Source: Candidatus Saccharimonadota bacterium
GTDB lineage: Bacteria; Patescibacteriota; Saccharimonadia; Saccharimonadales; 2-12-FULL-41-12
Length of the DNA: 51,400 nucleotides
Direction of reading: 5' to 3'
Assembly: GCA_022842995.1 (NCBI GenBank)
Contig: JALHOM010000008.1
Span: forward strand, 1 to 51,400
Below, piece after piece: positions 27,278 through 36,606 of the stretch; position 1 is the stretch's first letter; each line of letters begins with the position of its first letter. Below the pieces are notes generated by a model that saw nothing but the letters and a program-made list of their open reading frames with translations, ran no database searches and was not told the DNA's origin. The position numbers were made by a program, and so were the translations under genes.

Positions 27278-27760
27278 ATGTCAATATTGTATATTAAACA
27301 ACTTAATGGTAATCTACTCTTTATGAAAAATATATCTGCGACAGATGGCTATCATACGTTTGCGCTCCATCATTTCGTTAGAGCGTTAGATAAATACGCC
27401 GATACATATCTAAGCGCGGAACACGGGATAAGTTACTCGAGGTTTCTGTGTTTGGTTGCGATACACGCTAAGAAAGAAACCACTCAGCACGATATTGCCG
27501 AGTGGCTACAGGTGGGCGACGCGGTTGTTTCTCGTGTTCTGAGGCCTCTTGAAAAGCAAAAGTTTGTAGTAATCCGTGAAGATCCTGGACATGGGCTTAA
27601 GAAAAAAGTATCCCTGACTCCTAAAGGTGAAAAACTCGTTCTCGCAGCAGCTTCAGATCTCGAAAAGCAGTATCAGGAATTAGCAAAAATATCGAAGATC
27701 AATGCTCTTGAAGTGCATGATGCAATTTTGCGAATGCACCGAGTGTTGACGGACGAGTAA
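27278..27760 (+). CDS. MarR-family transcriptional regulator (start may be downstream)
   Basis: wHTH pattern TQHDIAEWL...VSRVLRPLEKQKFV...LTPKG; divergent from the oxygenase. Confidence 0.85.
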   Translation: MSILYIKQLNGNLLFMKNISATDGYHTFALHHFVRALDKYADTYLSAEHGISYSRFLCLVAIHAKKETTQHDIAEWLQVGDAVVSRVLRPLEKQKFVVIREDPGHGLKKKVSLTPKGEKLVLAAASDLEKQYQELAKISKINALEVHDAILRMHRVLTDE

Positions 27761-27853
27761 GTAATGCGCCAATAACGATAGCCTCGTATTGGGTTGTTTT
27801 TGATTCGACCCAGAAAGCTCTAACTCAGCCTTCTTTACTGTTGAGTCTACACT

Positions 27854-28486
27854 TTAGCTAATCGAGGAGATCGGAGAATCCAGAATTTCGTAAGTGATTC
27901 CGTCGCGCGTAAGGATCGCTTGGTCATCTCGGCATTCTACTATTTTGATCATTGATTTGTACTCTTGTCGAAATGTATCAAATGCATCTTTATATTTTTC
28001 TCTGTCGACGTGAGGCAACGGGAAAAAGTCGATCAGTCCAAGCCCACTGTAACCTGCTAAGTCTGGTGCTTTGGCCGGGTCGTCGATGGCTTTGGCGGGT
28101 TCTATGGATTGGCAGAGTAATACTGCCCCAGCACTCTCACCGAAATACAGTAGTCCCGACTTTACTCTATTGATGAGTGGCCCGTATAGCTGTTTTTTAT
28201 GAAGCTGATCAAGCAAGTAGAATGTATTGCCTCCTGCGACGTATACTCCATCGACTGAGCCAAGCTTTTCAGACAACCGATAGCTTGCTTCATTCGTGAG
28301 ATCTAGTTCGACAAGCTCGAAACCGAGCATCTCAAGCCTGGTCCGAGATTCTTGCACAAAGTAGGGATTTTCATAAGCATCTCCTGCTGTCGGGATAAAA
28401 CCTAGTCTGGCATTGGTCGGAAGTTGCCCTTCGTCTACTGCCCTTTTTATGGCCTCAACCCCTTTTGAAAGACACAGTATGTACAT
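27854..28486 (-). CDS. Peptidase E (S51) / glutamine amidotransferase-like protein
   Basis: FIPTA, VAGGNTFYLL, GESAGA, PH. Confidence 0.92.
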   Translation of the reverse strand: MYILCLSKGVEAIKRAVDEGQLPTNARLGFIPTAGDAYENPYFVQESRTRLEMLGFELVELDLTNEASYRLSEKLGSVDGVYVAGGNTFYLLDQLHKKQLYGPLINRVKSGLLYFGESAGAVLLCQSIEPAKAIDDPAKAPDLAGYSGLGLIDFFPLPHVDREKYKDAFDTFRQEYKSMIKIVECRDDQAILTRDGITYEILDSPISSIS

Positions 28487-28582
28487 AGTTAACTAGTTTA
28501 GCAAAAAACTATGTCGTGTATCTTTAATTTCATAGTTCAAAGGAAAGCGTGAATTATATTTGACAATTCGCAAGAATATAGT

Positions 28583-29296
28583 ATGATTAATGAAATTATG
28601 CGTGATTCATTTTCTGGTGATATTCTTCGGCGAGGTTCTGTACGCCGAGCTACCAAGAAACTTATAGGTGCTGCGGGATTGTTGACCATTAATGGACTTC
28701 TTTTTGCTGGCTGTGGTGGTGAGGGTGATGTTAACGGTCAGCCTGGCATTGATGTTAAGGCCAATGATTCGCCGTTGTTTCAACTAGCAAATCATAGTGG
28801 CGCTGTAGTTATAGCCCCTCACGAAACACGCTTTACCTCAGTAGCAAGACCTCAAGAAGTCCCTAAGATTAAAACCGATAACCCAATTCGCCGGGTTTAT
28901 CGAGGTTTCGAGCACAATAAGGGTGTAGGAGTTAGGCCTGGAAGAGTCTACTTCTTTGACACCAGGACCGATGTTGACCAAGCAAGTAGTGACGATGATA
29001 TCCTGCCCGTCACGGAACAGTTAAACAACAGCTATGCTTGTGACGTGCACTATATTACCGACCTTGATCCTGTCCGGCACCGAATTGTTGCGTTGTCTAT
29101 AGATCCTGAGGGACGGAAAAATAACTATGGGATGGTAATCTGGCAAAGAGATCGAGCAACTGGTGAAGTGAGTAATCGATTTGCCTTATGCTTTGCCGAA
29201 GGAACCGAAGCTAAAGGGATGGCCGTAGCGGTAGTAGCGTTGTCTGAATCCGCACCGGATGTTGAGCCGTCCCCTGTTGTTACGACCCCGCAATAA
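28583..29296 (+). CDS. Putative lipoprotein (likely start 28598)
   Basis: Signal peptide with lipobox FAGC; promoter TTGACA-N16-TATGAT at 28560-28587. Confidence 0.7.
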   Translation: MINEIMRDSFSGDILRRGSVRRATKKLIGAAGLLTINGLLFAGCGGEGDVNGQPGIDVKANDSPLFQLANHSGAVVIAPHETRFTSVARPQEVPKIKTDNPIRRVYRGFEHNKGVGVRPGRVYFFDTRTDVDQASSDDDILPVTEQLNNSYACDVHYITDLDPVRHRIVALSIDPEGRKNNYGMVIWQRDRATGEVSNRFALCFAEGTEAKGMAVAVVALSESAPDVEPSPVVTTPQ

Positions 29297-29344
29297 ATAA
29301 AAGTCCAATTGCAACTGGGTTGATTAAATGGCAAAATTATTTTC

Positions 29345-29998
29345 ATGAGTATTGAGACCTTTGATAATTTTGAAGGAACGACCGCCGGTGAGGCGGTCCG
29401 TTTAGCGGTGAGATCTTTAGACGGTTTTGCCGAGACTGCAAAAGAAATAATCCAACGACCGAGGCGTCGCGCAGAAAGAGATATCTATGTAGTGGCCAAC
29501 AACTTGTCTGGGCAAGTAGGTGGTCTTTTGGTGCCACGGTCTGTGTCTGTTGGTGTGAACCGATATTCTGCTAGTGTTACATCTGCAAACGTTTCTTTTC
29601 TTCCTGCAGAAAAAATTACGATGCCAGAAGGCTACACTTTCGGGGAATCTGAGGATATTTATAACTTGCGTTTGGGAATTGGTTATAAAAGAGGTTTGCT
29701 TACAAGAGTTTATTTAACGTCGTGGGTATTGCCGATTAGTGATCTTAATCGGCGCGAGTTAGAGGTTTTGGATGCATACGATTACTATATGGCATATAAT
29801 CAATTTAAATTGTTCAGAGACAACTTTTTTGCAATTGACGAGACTGGTATTCATAGAGGTGCTACACATAGAAATTCGAGCAGGCTAAGTGGTGCACGGC
29901 TAGTCACTCAAAGCGAAGCACTTAAACTTACTTGGTTCTTTGGAGCAATAAATATAGCGAAATCTTGTATGGCCGATAGTCCTGGTGATGTTGGTTAG
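29345..29998 (+). CDS. Hypothetical protein
   Basis: 217-aa ORF. Confidence 0.7.
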   Translation: MSIETFDNFEGTTAGEAVRLAVRSLDGFAETAKEIIQRPRRRAERDIYVVANNLSGQVGGLLVPRSVSVGVNRYSASVTSANVSFLPAEKITMPEGYTFGESEDIYNLRLGIGYKRGLLTRVYLTSWVLPISDLNRRELEVLDAYDYYMAYNQFKLFRDNFFAIDETGIHRGATHRNSSRLSGARLVTQSEALKLTWFFGAINIAKSCMADSPGDVG

Positions 29999-30011
29999 AG
30001 TCTGTTAAAAT

Positions 30012-30239
30012 TTGAATCACATGAAAGGTATTTCTCTCGGTAAAAGCTTACTTTTGCTAACTGTTTTTGCAGTTCTGCCCTTTCTCTTGTTTTTGGGTTG
30101 GGCAATCGTGAATGGCAGTGCCATTGCTGGTGTATTTGCGATTCTTTTTGCCCCGGTGGCTTTGGTGACTCTTGCACTCGATATCCGCCAGATATTCTTA
30201 AAAAGACTAAAGACCAAAGATAGAAGAGGCAAGAGTTAG
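30012..30239 (+). CDS. Small two-TM membrane protein
   Basis: Two hydrophobic stretches; C-terminus encoded by heptamer repeats. Confidence 0.55.
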   Translation: MNHMKGISLGKSLLLLTVFAVLPFLLFLGWAIVNGSAIAGVFAILFAPVALVTLALDIRQIFLKRLKTKDRRGKS

Positions 30240-30662
30240 GAGTCAGGAGTCAAGATTCGCCTTACGGCGAAGGAAATCGGATCTAGTAACTAGTATCTAG
30301 CAACTAGTTCCCTGGATTCTCGTAGCTCTCTTTAATCTTTCGTCTTTCGTCTAACGGCTCTTGTCTCATAACTCATGACTCTAGATTTGAAATTTGAAAT
30401 TGGAAAATAGAAATTTGAAATCAGAGTAAAGTTTAAAGACTAAAGATTAAAGGTACTGAAACAGTAGCTACTCTTATCTCCTGTCTCTAAATCAGAAAAT
30501 AGAAAATAGAAAATAGAAATTAGGATTTGGCAGACGTCAAAATAAAGCCATTGCCAACCACAACCGAATAAAACATACTCAGTTAATTCCTAATTCCTAA
30601 TTCCTAATTCCTAATTCCTAATTCCTAATTCCTAATTCCTAATTCCTAATTCCTAATTCCTA
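30202..30662 (+). repeat. Modular heptamer-based dispersed element, copy A, ending in (CTAATTC)x10
   Basis: Exact blocks shared with copies B and C; array spans 30590-30659. Confidence 0.9.
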
Positions 30663-31439
30663 CCCTCTATCATGTCCCAGTCGCGAAAGTGTCTGCGTAA
30701 GTTCTTGTTTGGTTTGGTGCGAAATGTCGATCTGGTTATGCTGCGCGATGATGTAACCTTGGATTATATGTTTAAGATGTATAGCGTCTTTGCGCCAGAG
30801 AAAGTTGATAGTGTGATGGTCTTCTGAGCTCAAGACGCGCACGACAATCGTGACTGAGCCAAAAAACGGCCCCAGAGCGACTTTGACGTTCAAGACATCT
30901 TCTATACGTATACTCATAACCTGGCTGGTGAAGAAGAAATCACGCTTGGTAATGGTTATTTTTGTTCTGTCTACTACGATGTCATCGCGGAATAATGTTA
31001 AGGGGAAAACGGTTTTTGCAGAGGCAAGAACCTCGTTAGATCGAAAGATGGTGGTCTCGAGGTCATCGAGGTGGTCCATTAGATAGAGGGCTTCCAGTTG
31101 AACGGGTTGTTGAACGATGTCTTTAACCCGTTGGCGGAGCAGATCCGGTTGCGGTAGCGTGACTTCTTGGGCTAAGAAAGCCCGAATACCGTGGTCCGTC
31201 CGTGTTGCTAGTTGGCCAACGCGCTGGTATGACTTGGTGACCAACTCACTTCTAAGACTTGGCCGAGAAGATAAAAAAACGGGAGAACCTGCTCCCGTAT
31301 ATAACATTGTTTGTGTCGTGCTCGCTGTCCCTATTGCTGCCATTTGGTGCCTCCCTTGGTCCTTGTGGTAATTTAAGTATAAACCGGCAGTGGTAGCGTA
31401 TGGCGTGATACTGCTCACACTATATGTGTGAAAATTCAT
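30660..31439 (-). CDS. Bacterial PH-like domain protein (true start uncertain)
   Basis: C-terminal FPLTLFRDDIVVDRTKITI...IEDVLNV...GPFFGSVTI pattern. Confidence 0.7.
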   Translation of the reverse strand: MNFHTYSVSSITPYATTAGLYLNYHKDQGRHQMAAIGTASTTQTMLYTGAGSPVFLSSRPSLRSELVTKSYQRVGQLATRTDHGIRAFLAQEVTLPQPDLLRQRVKDIVQQPVQLEALYLMDHLDDLETTIFRSNEVLASAKTVFPLTLFRDDIVVDRTKITITKRDFFFTSQVMSIRIEDVLNVKVALGPFFGSVTIVVRVLSSEDHHTINFLWRKDAIHLKHIIQGYIIAQHNQIDISHQTKQELTQTLSRLGHDRG

Positions 31440-31478
31440 ATATAGTTATGAGTTATAAAACCATAAGAATTATCGCAT

Positions 31479-32147
31479 ATGGCAGGCATAACTCGCGACT
31501 ACAAATCACATTTGGAAGTACGATTTGCCCGTGAACTGGCTCCTGATAAATGGCCAGCATTAGGGCGCAGTGTTTATGAAGTTGCTTCCCGGTCTTGGGC
31601 GTATCATGGGGCGCAGTGTTTATTTTTGGTTAGCCATTGGGATAGTATGCAGCCACGCTACCGTGCTCGCCCTAAGGAGGCTGAAGGTGAGGTTTTGGCT
31701 CCAGAAGTTGGTTCATTATTTAAGGTTCTACAGCATGGCTTAGGCGTAGGCGCGATGCATCGGACTCCTTGCGTTGAAATCAGACAGATTGGGTTACATC
31801 GTTCGTCGTTGATTATTGTGACGGCTCAGGAGAATACTCCCGAAGTCGAGCAAACAATTGAGGCAAAATTGGGCGCAGCAGCCTTGCAGCTAAGGCACCC
31901 GTGGTTTAGGCAGGCGTTTTCGCGGCCCAGAACTCTTGGGATACACACTCCAGATGAGCGTTTAAATTGGATGAAGAGGACTATTAAAGACAACCTTGCG
32001 ACGCGGGATCGAATAAAACAGGAACAAGCCCGTGCTCGCCTTGCCGAGATAGATGCGAAGTCGAGCCAGGGAGGGTTTCCGAGGCGACTGTCGACAACAA
32101 CGCCGGCTGCTTCAAAGGAAGACGCGACAATGTCTCTAGGCGAATAG
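31479..32147 (+). CDS. Hypothetical protein
   Basis: 222-aa ORF. Confidence 0.65.
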   Translation: MAGITRDYKSHLEVRFARELAPDKWPALGRSVYEVASRSWAYHGAQCLFLVSHWDSMQPRYRARPKEAEGEVLAPEVGSLFKVLQHGLGVGAMHRTPCVEIRQIGLHRSSLIIVTAQENTPEVEQTIEAKLGAAALQLRHPWFRQAFSRPRTLGIHTPDERLNWMKRTIKDNLATRDRIKQEQARARLAEIDAKSSQGGFPRRLSTTTPAASKEDATMSLGE

Positions 32148-32261
32148 CTCACAAGGATGATCTTGCATTTTAAAAGTCGCATGGCTTGAGTGCCTATATT
32201 TGATATAGCTTCTGCATGTTAAAATAAAAAAGTTACAATACCTAACTTGTGAAGGAATATT

Positions 32262-32777
32262 ATGGAAGAACAAGAAAATCAGCAACCTAAAGCGACTGAG
32301 ACGCGTCCGGTTGCTAAGAAAAAATCTCCAGTTGTATCAATTTTAACTACAATCATTATTATAGCTATTGCTGGAGCGATAGGTTTTTTCTTGATGGGCG
32401 GTAAAGACGAAAATAATAAAACCGTAGATACGACCACGAATAACTCCACTGTACAGACAACAACAGATAATCCAGAGCAGAAATCCACTGCACAAACCTC
32501 CGATATGGCCTCTGCGCCCACTAAAGAGCAGGTTGCCCTTCATAACAAGCAGTCCGATTGCTGGACTATCGTAGAGGGTGTCGTGTACGATATCACCGAA
32601 TATATTCCGAAACACCCTGGCGGTGAATCAATTTTGGAAGCTTGTGGAACCGATGGAACTAGCTTGTTTGCTGAGCGAAAAACGGCCGATGGCCAAAAAG
32701 TCGGATCAGGTACGCCTCATAGTAATCGTGCTGAAGGCATGCTCAAAGAATATGAAGTTGGCAAACTCGCTAACTAA
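32262..32777 (+). CDS. Membrane-anchored cytochrome b5-like heme-binding protein
   Basis: HNKQSDCWT, VYDITEYIPKHPGG and HS motifs; both His ligands present. Confidence 0.92.
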   Translation: MEEQENQQPKATETRPVAKKKSPVVSILTTIIIIAIAGAIGFFLMGGKDENNKTVDTTTNNSTVQTTTDNPEQKSTAQTSDMASAPTKEQVALHNKQSDCWTIVEGVVYDITEYIPKHPGGESILEACGTDGTSLFAERKTADGQKVGSGTPHSNRAEGMLKEYEVGKLAN

Positions 32778-32857
32778 TATTATTCCCGTATAGTTTTAAA
32801 GAATACTAAAATCACTCCGCGTGAGACTGACTTTGTCGGATTACCACTGGGGTGATT

Positions 32858-33388
32858 TTAAAAATTCTTCAAAAATTCGACGAGTTGTGAAGGAGTTATC
32901 TCGGCTTTGATAATGTAGGCGTCGGCTTCTTTTTCGACGGCAGCCCGCGTTTCATCGTCTTGTTCGAGGTTGGTTGCAATAATAATTTTACTCTTTAAGT
33001 CAGGATTTTTGCGGAGTTCATGTAGGACGTCAATTCCGAGCAGTTGCGGAATGACAATATCTAGCAAAATGATATCGTAGTCACCACTGAGCGCGCGCTC
33101 GAGACCAGCTTTACCGTCGTTGATGATGTCCGCTTCGTAGCCGGCTTTTTGGAGTGCATGCTTATAGAGATCACCAATGAAGGCTTCATCTTCGATGCAA
33201 AGTACCTTCTTGCCGCTACCACTACCGGGGTCTGACGTGACACTTGAAGCAATATCCGAGAACTCCGGTGTTTTATATAAGCTGGGCGTGGCGTCGTCGG
33301 TTACGGGCTTAGGTATGTTGTCGCTGTCTTGTTGCATAGTCTCTTCCATACTACCATTATTTGAGTTATGGGCTATCTTCCTGTTCAC
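32858..33388 (-). CDS. Single-domain response regulator (start probably 33337)
   Basis: VLCIEDE, DIILLDIVIP, YIIKAE. Confidence 0.9.
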   Translation of the reverse strand: MNRKIAHNSNNGSMEETMQQDSDNIPKPVTDDATPSLYKTPEFSDIASSVTSDPGSGSGKKVLCIEDEAFIGDLYKHALQKAGYEADIINDGKAGLERALSGDYDIILLDIVIPQLLGIDVLHELRKNPDLKSKIIIATNLEQDDETRAAVEKEADAYIIKAEITPSQLVEFLKNF

Positions 33389-33413
33389 TGTAAACTGTTC
33401 ACTGTATACTGTC
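33380..33413. repeat. Degenerate heptamer array (CTGT at a 7-bp period, x5)
   Basis: CTGT at 33381, 33388, 33395, 33402 and 33409, directly after the kinase stop codon. Confidence 0.75.
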
Positions 33414-33415
33414 TT

Positions 33416-34942
33416 TTATCTTCGTTGCATACTATGATTTTTGATCCAGCCGTGGGCTACAGGAGTAAATCCATTGCTTGCGCCGGATTTATCGGCCTCA
33501 TCGAGCTGGCTAAATGGCATGAGGGTGAAGCCGATGGTAGTGCCCTCGCCTTCCTTGGATTTGACCCAAATGTTGCCATGATGCGCCGAAATAATTTCTT
33601 TGCACAAGTATAGTCCAAGACCGCTACCGGAAATATGATGTCGATTTCGGTGGTTGCGGTAGAACCGATTGAAGAGGTTAGGAACCACGGAGTCTGGTAT
33701 GCCGACGCCGTCATCGCTCACCGTGGTTAAAACTGCTCCGTCGGTGTCGAGTTTGACTTCGATCCTAATAGGTTTTTTGTCATCTGGTGAGTATTTAATC
33801 GCGTTATCAATCAGATTGGTGATAACTTCGCCGAGGCTAATGTTGTCAATCCCGACTTTTGGTAAATTAGGCGCGACGCTGAGCGAAATTGTTTTACCGC
33901 GTACACTGGCTCTGTTTTGTGAGTTGGCAACGATAGAAGTTATATGCTCTTCCCACGAGGATTCCTGAAGCTGAAGATTAAGTTGGTTTTGGTCAACCTT
34001 CAAGACACTGAGGATGTTGGTCATAAAAGTCGTGAGGTTATCTGTCGAGGCGCCGAGTCGATCTATGTAGGTCTGGGTCTGACTATCGACTTTACCTGCC
34101 ATTTCTTGCTGCAAAGCTTCGACGTAGCCTCTCATGATGGTGAGAGGAGTTCTTATTTCGTGCACCGACAAGGCAATCATGCTGAGGGCGGTTTCTTCTT
34201 GGTCGTATTGGTCGTAATGACTGAAGAAAACTAATAAAGTTTCGATACCGCTGGGATGTTTTTGACGGTAATGAGCGGCAACATCGTAGTAGCTTTTTAC
34301 GGTGCCGTCATTGGAACTGACTTCGACTTTTTGCCATTGAGTAGTGGCGTTAATACTTTTTTGTTTGGTCTGGGCGATCCAGTCAGGTAAGGCAATGGAG
34401 TTGGACTTCATGTTAAGCAAATTAGTGAGCGGAACATCTTTCCAGGTGCCAAGCGAAAATGCACTTATGGCGGCAGTATTGGCGAAGGCGATATTGCCTT
34501 GATCATTTAAGCCCAGTACTGATACCGGCAAAGAGTCGAGAAGGTCGGAATTTTGATCTTTAACCATGGGGATATTGGCCGAAGATAAGTTCGACGATAG
34601 GTCGTAAATTTGCCTCGTGAGATTGGCTACTAGTTCACGACCGACGCCGAGCTTATCGACATTTGGCGCGGCAACTAAATGTTCGTTTGGCGAGATATGG
34701 TAAATCGCCTGCGCCAGATATTGAGTTGGTTTGATCAATAGCGCAGCCAAAACATTGCCCACGATAACAGACGCGATAATCACTACCGAAGTGACAATGA
34801 CGATAACGATCTCCCTGTCGAGCACCGTATTGGCAAGTAAAATATAGGCCGTTCCAGAGGCTAATGCTCCAGTGATTATGAGTCCAAAGACTAAATACAG
34901 GCTGAAGGTTTTTTTGAAGGAATCGAGGTGTCCACCGCTCAT
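33416..34942 (-). CDS. Membrane sensor histidine kinase (2 TM, PAS-like, HisKA, HATPase)
   Basis: VHEIRTPL, NLIDNAIKYS, DDGVGI, SGSGLGL. Confidence 0.95.
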   Translation of the reverse strand: MSGGHLDSFKKTFSLYLVFGLIITGALASGTAYILLANTVLDREIVIVIVTSVVIIASVIVGNVLAALLIKPTQYLAQAIYHISPNEHLVAAPNVDKLGVGRELVANLTRQIYDLSSNLSSANIPMVKDQNSDLLDSLPVSVLGLNDQGNIAFANTAAISAFSLGTWKDVPLTNLLNMKSNSIALPDWIAQTKQKSINATTQWQKVEVSSNDGTVKSYYDVAAHYRQKHPSGIETLLVFFSHYDQYDQEETALSMIALSVHEIRTPLTIMRGYVEALQQEMAGKVDSQTQTYIDRLGASTDNLTTFMTNILSVLKVDQNQLNLQLQESSWEEHITSIVANSQNRASVRGKTISLSVAPNLPKVGIDNISLGEVITNLIDNAIKYSPDDKKPIRIEVKLDTDGAVLTTVSDDGVGIPDSVVPNLFNRFYRNHRNRHHISGSGLGLYLCKEIISAHHGNIWVKSKEGEGTTIGFTLMPFSQLDEADKSGASNGFTPVAHGWIKNHSMQRR

Positions 34943-34962
34943 GTAATCTTAGATACTTTCTG

Positions 34963-36198
34963 CTACGGCGTATAAGTGACTTGCGAGTCGTTTTTAAGAA
35001 GAGTGATCCATGTCTGGCCAGGGTTGAGTCCAATAATCTGCCCGGCGGCGTCTGTGAAGACAATCTGTTCTTTTTCGCTGGCTTTGGTCCAGGTTCCTTT
35101 GGTGACTTGGCCATCCTGAAAGATGGTTACCGACCCGCTGCCGACAACTTGGTAGACCGAATATATCCCGTTGCGTGAATACGGGACGCTCATTGCAACC
35201 AAGACAGTCGGGCTTATTTGGACGCCGGATCTATGGTCGGTATGGGGCTGGCCAGCAAGATTTCGCTTATATGTATTGCTTGCAGCGTCGAAAGTGTATG
35301 ACGTGTTGTATAGTGCGCTCGAGATGGCCATATTAATTGATGAGGCAGTTGGTGTTTGACCTTTTTTCTCGGTTTTTCGGGTAAAGCTTTTTACGTCGCT
35401 AGTAGTATAGCCTCGTTTTTGAGAGGCTTTATCAAGTGCTGCTGTGCTGCTGTAGAGATTGTGTGGTGCGTAGCGGTCCGAGGCACGCTGGAATGCGGCG
35501 CCATTGGCTCCGTGGTCCATGTCTTTAAGCCCGAGACTATTTATTTTTGCCAATCCATCAGCGCTTCCTCCGGCATGAACGAAAACAGGGTCAAACGGGG
35601 CTGACAAAACAGCGTAATAAGGCCTAACGGAGCGGATCGGTCCAATATAATCTGGTTGTGTTTCAAGAAAAGAGGCATTGAAGCGTGTAATCCCGCCCTC
35701 GGAGATGGCTTCAAATACCACACCGGCATCTTTGAGGCCGGCTTGCGGTCGGGCTTCCGGGCTGTTTTCTATCTGTACGGACGTAACTGGTCTTTTGTTA
35801 AGCTCGGGGCTTATTTGGACGCCGGTAAGTCGTGAAGCTTCGGTGGTTGGTTTGGGCGGTGGTGTGGGAGTTGGGGTGGCTTGAACGGCTTGCGTTTTTG
35901 GTGGTTCAGGTGCGGGCTTATTGAATACAAAGGCGTAAGCTCCGCCTCCCCCGCCCAGCAGAACAGCTACAGAGGCTAGCGAGATAATCAGTTTTTGTTT
36001 TTTGGTGAGATGGCTTAACCAGCCGAAAGGATTTCGGGCATGAGGCATACTCACATGTTCGGGGACGACGACAAAGCCGTCTTGTGAGTGGTTAGAAAAA
36101 GCGTCCCTTTCGGAGCTCTGTCCTTCGTGGGGTTGGTTTTGGATTTCTTCTTTTTTATTTTGGTCCTCAAAAATAGGAGGACGGATGTCGTCTACCAT
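34963..36198 (-). CDS. DUF3048-like membrane-anchored surface protein
   Basis: IENSPEARPQAGL, EGGITRF, GPIRSVR, APHNLY; Pro-rich linker after the TM. Confidence 0.85.
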   Translation of the reverse strand: MVDDIRPPIFEDQNKKEEIQNQPHEGQSSERDAFSNHSQDGFVVVPEHVSMPHARNPFGWLSHLTKKQKLIISLASVAVLLGGGGGAYAFVFNKPAPEPPKTQAVQATPTPTPPPKPTTEASRLTGVQISPELNKRPVTSVQIENSPEARPQAGLKDAGVVFEAISEGGITRFNASFLETQPDYIGPIRSVRPYYAVLSAPFDPVFVHAGGSADGLAKINSLGLKDMDHGANGAAFQRASDRYAPHNLYSSTAALDKASQKRGYTTSDVKSFTRKTEKKGQTPTASSINMAISSALYNTSYTFDAASNTYKRNLAGQPHTDHRSGVQISPTVLVAMSVPYSRNGIYSVYQVVGSGSVTIFQDGQVTKGTWTKASEKEQIVFTDAAGQIIGLNPGQTWITLLKNDSQVTYTP

Positions 36199-36219
36199 TA
36201 CTTTATTTTACCATATGGG

Positions 36220-36400
36220 GGATTAGAAATTAGCTGATTACGTTTTATTCATTCGTGGTTGGCGATGTCTTTTTGGTATCTATCATTTTCTAATTTCAAT
36301 TTTCTGATTTAGAGACAAGAGATAAGAGTAGCTACTGTTTCAGTACCCTTAAACTTTAGTCTTTAAACTTTAGTCTTTGAACTTTACTCTGATTTCAAAT
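36220..36400 (-). repeat. Modular heptamer-based element, copy C (inverted, partial)
   Basis: 29-nt exact inverted match (36319-36347 vs 30452-30480) plus the shared right-end motif. Confidence 0.9.
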
Positions 36401-36443
36401 TTACCCTAAAATTGTGACGACCGTCACAATTTTAGGGTAAATT
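36398..36443. repeat. Perfect 21-bp inverted repeat with GACC loop
   Basis: AATTTACCCTAAAATTGTGAC-GACC-GTCACAATTTTAGGGTAAATT. Confidence 0.95.
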
Positions 36444-36538
36444 GTTGATATGTCCAAACCGGCTTATTCCGCTTGATTACAGAGGTTGGCTACATAGAAT
36501 AGATGACTCAACTAAAGAGCCAGAAGAACAAAAGAAAA

Positions 36539-36578
36539 TTACCCAATTTTTGTGACGACCGTCACAAAAATTGGGTAA
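36539..36578. repeat. Perfect 18-bp inverted repeat with GACC loop
   Basis: TTACCCAATTTTTGTGAC-GACC-GTCACAAAAATTGGGTAA. Confidence 0.95.
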
Positions 36579-36606
36579 ATAATGGCACGTAACGTTTGCA
36601 ACGAAA

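Noticed and set aside
30583-30659. CRISPR or coding repeat in the (CTAATTC)n and (CTAGTTT)n arrays
   Set aside because: Pure tandem heptamers with no spacers, and stops in multiple frames.
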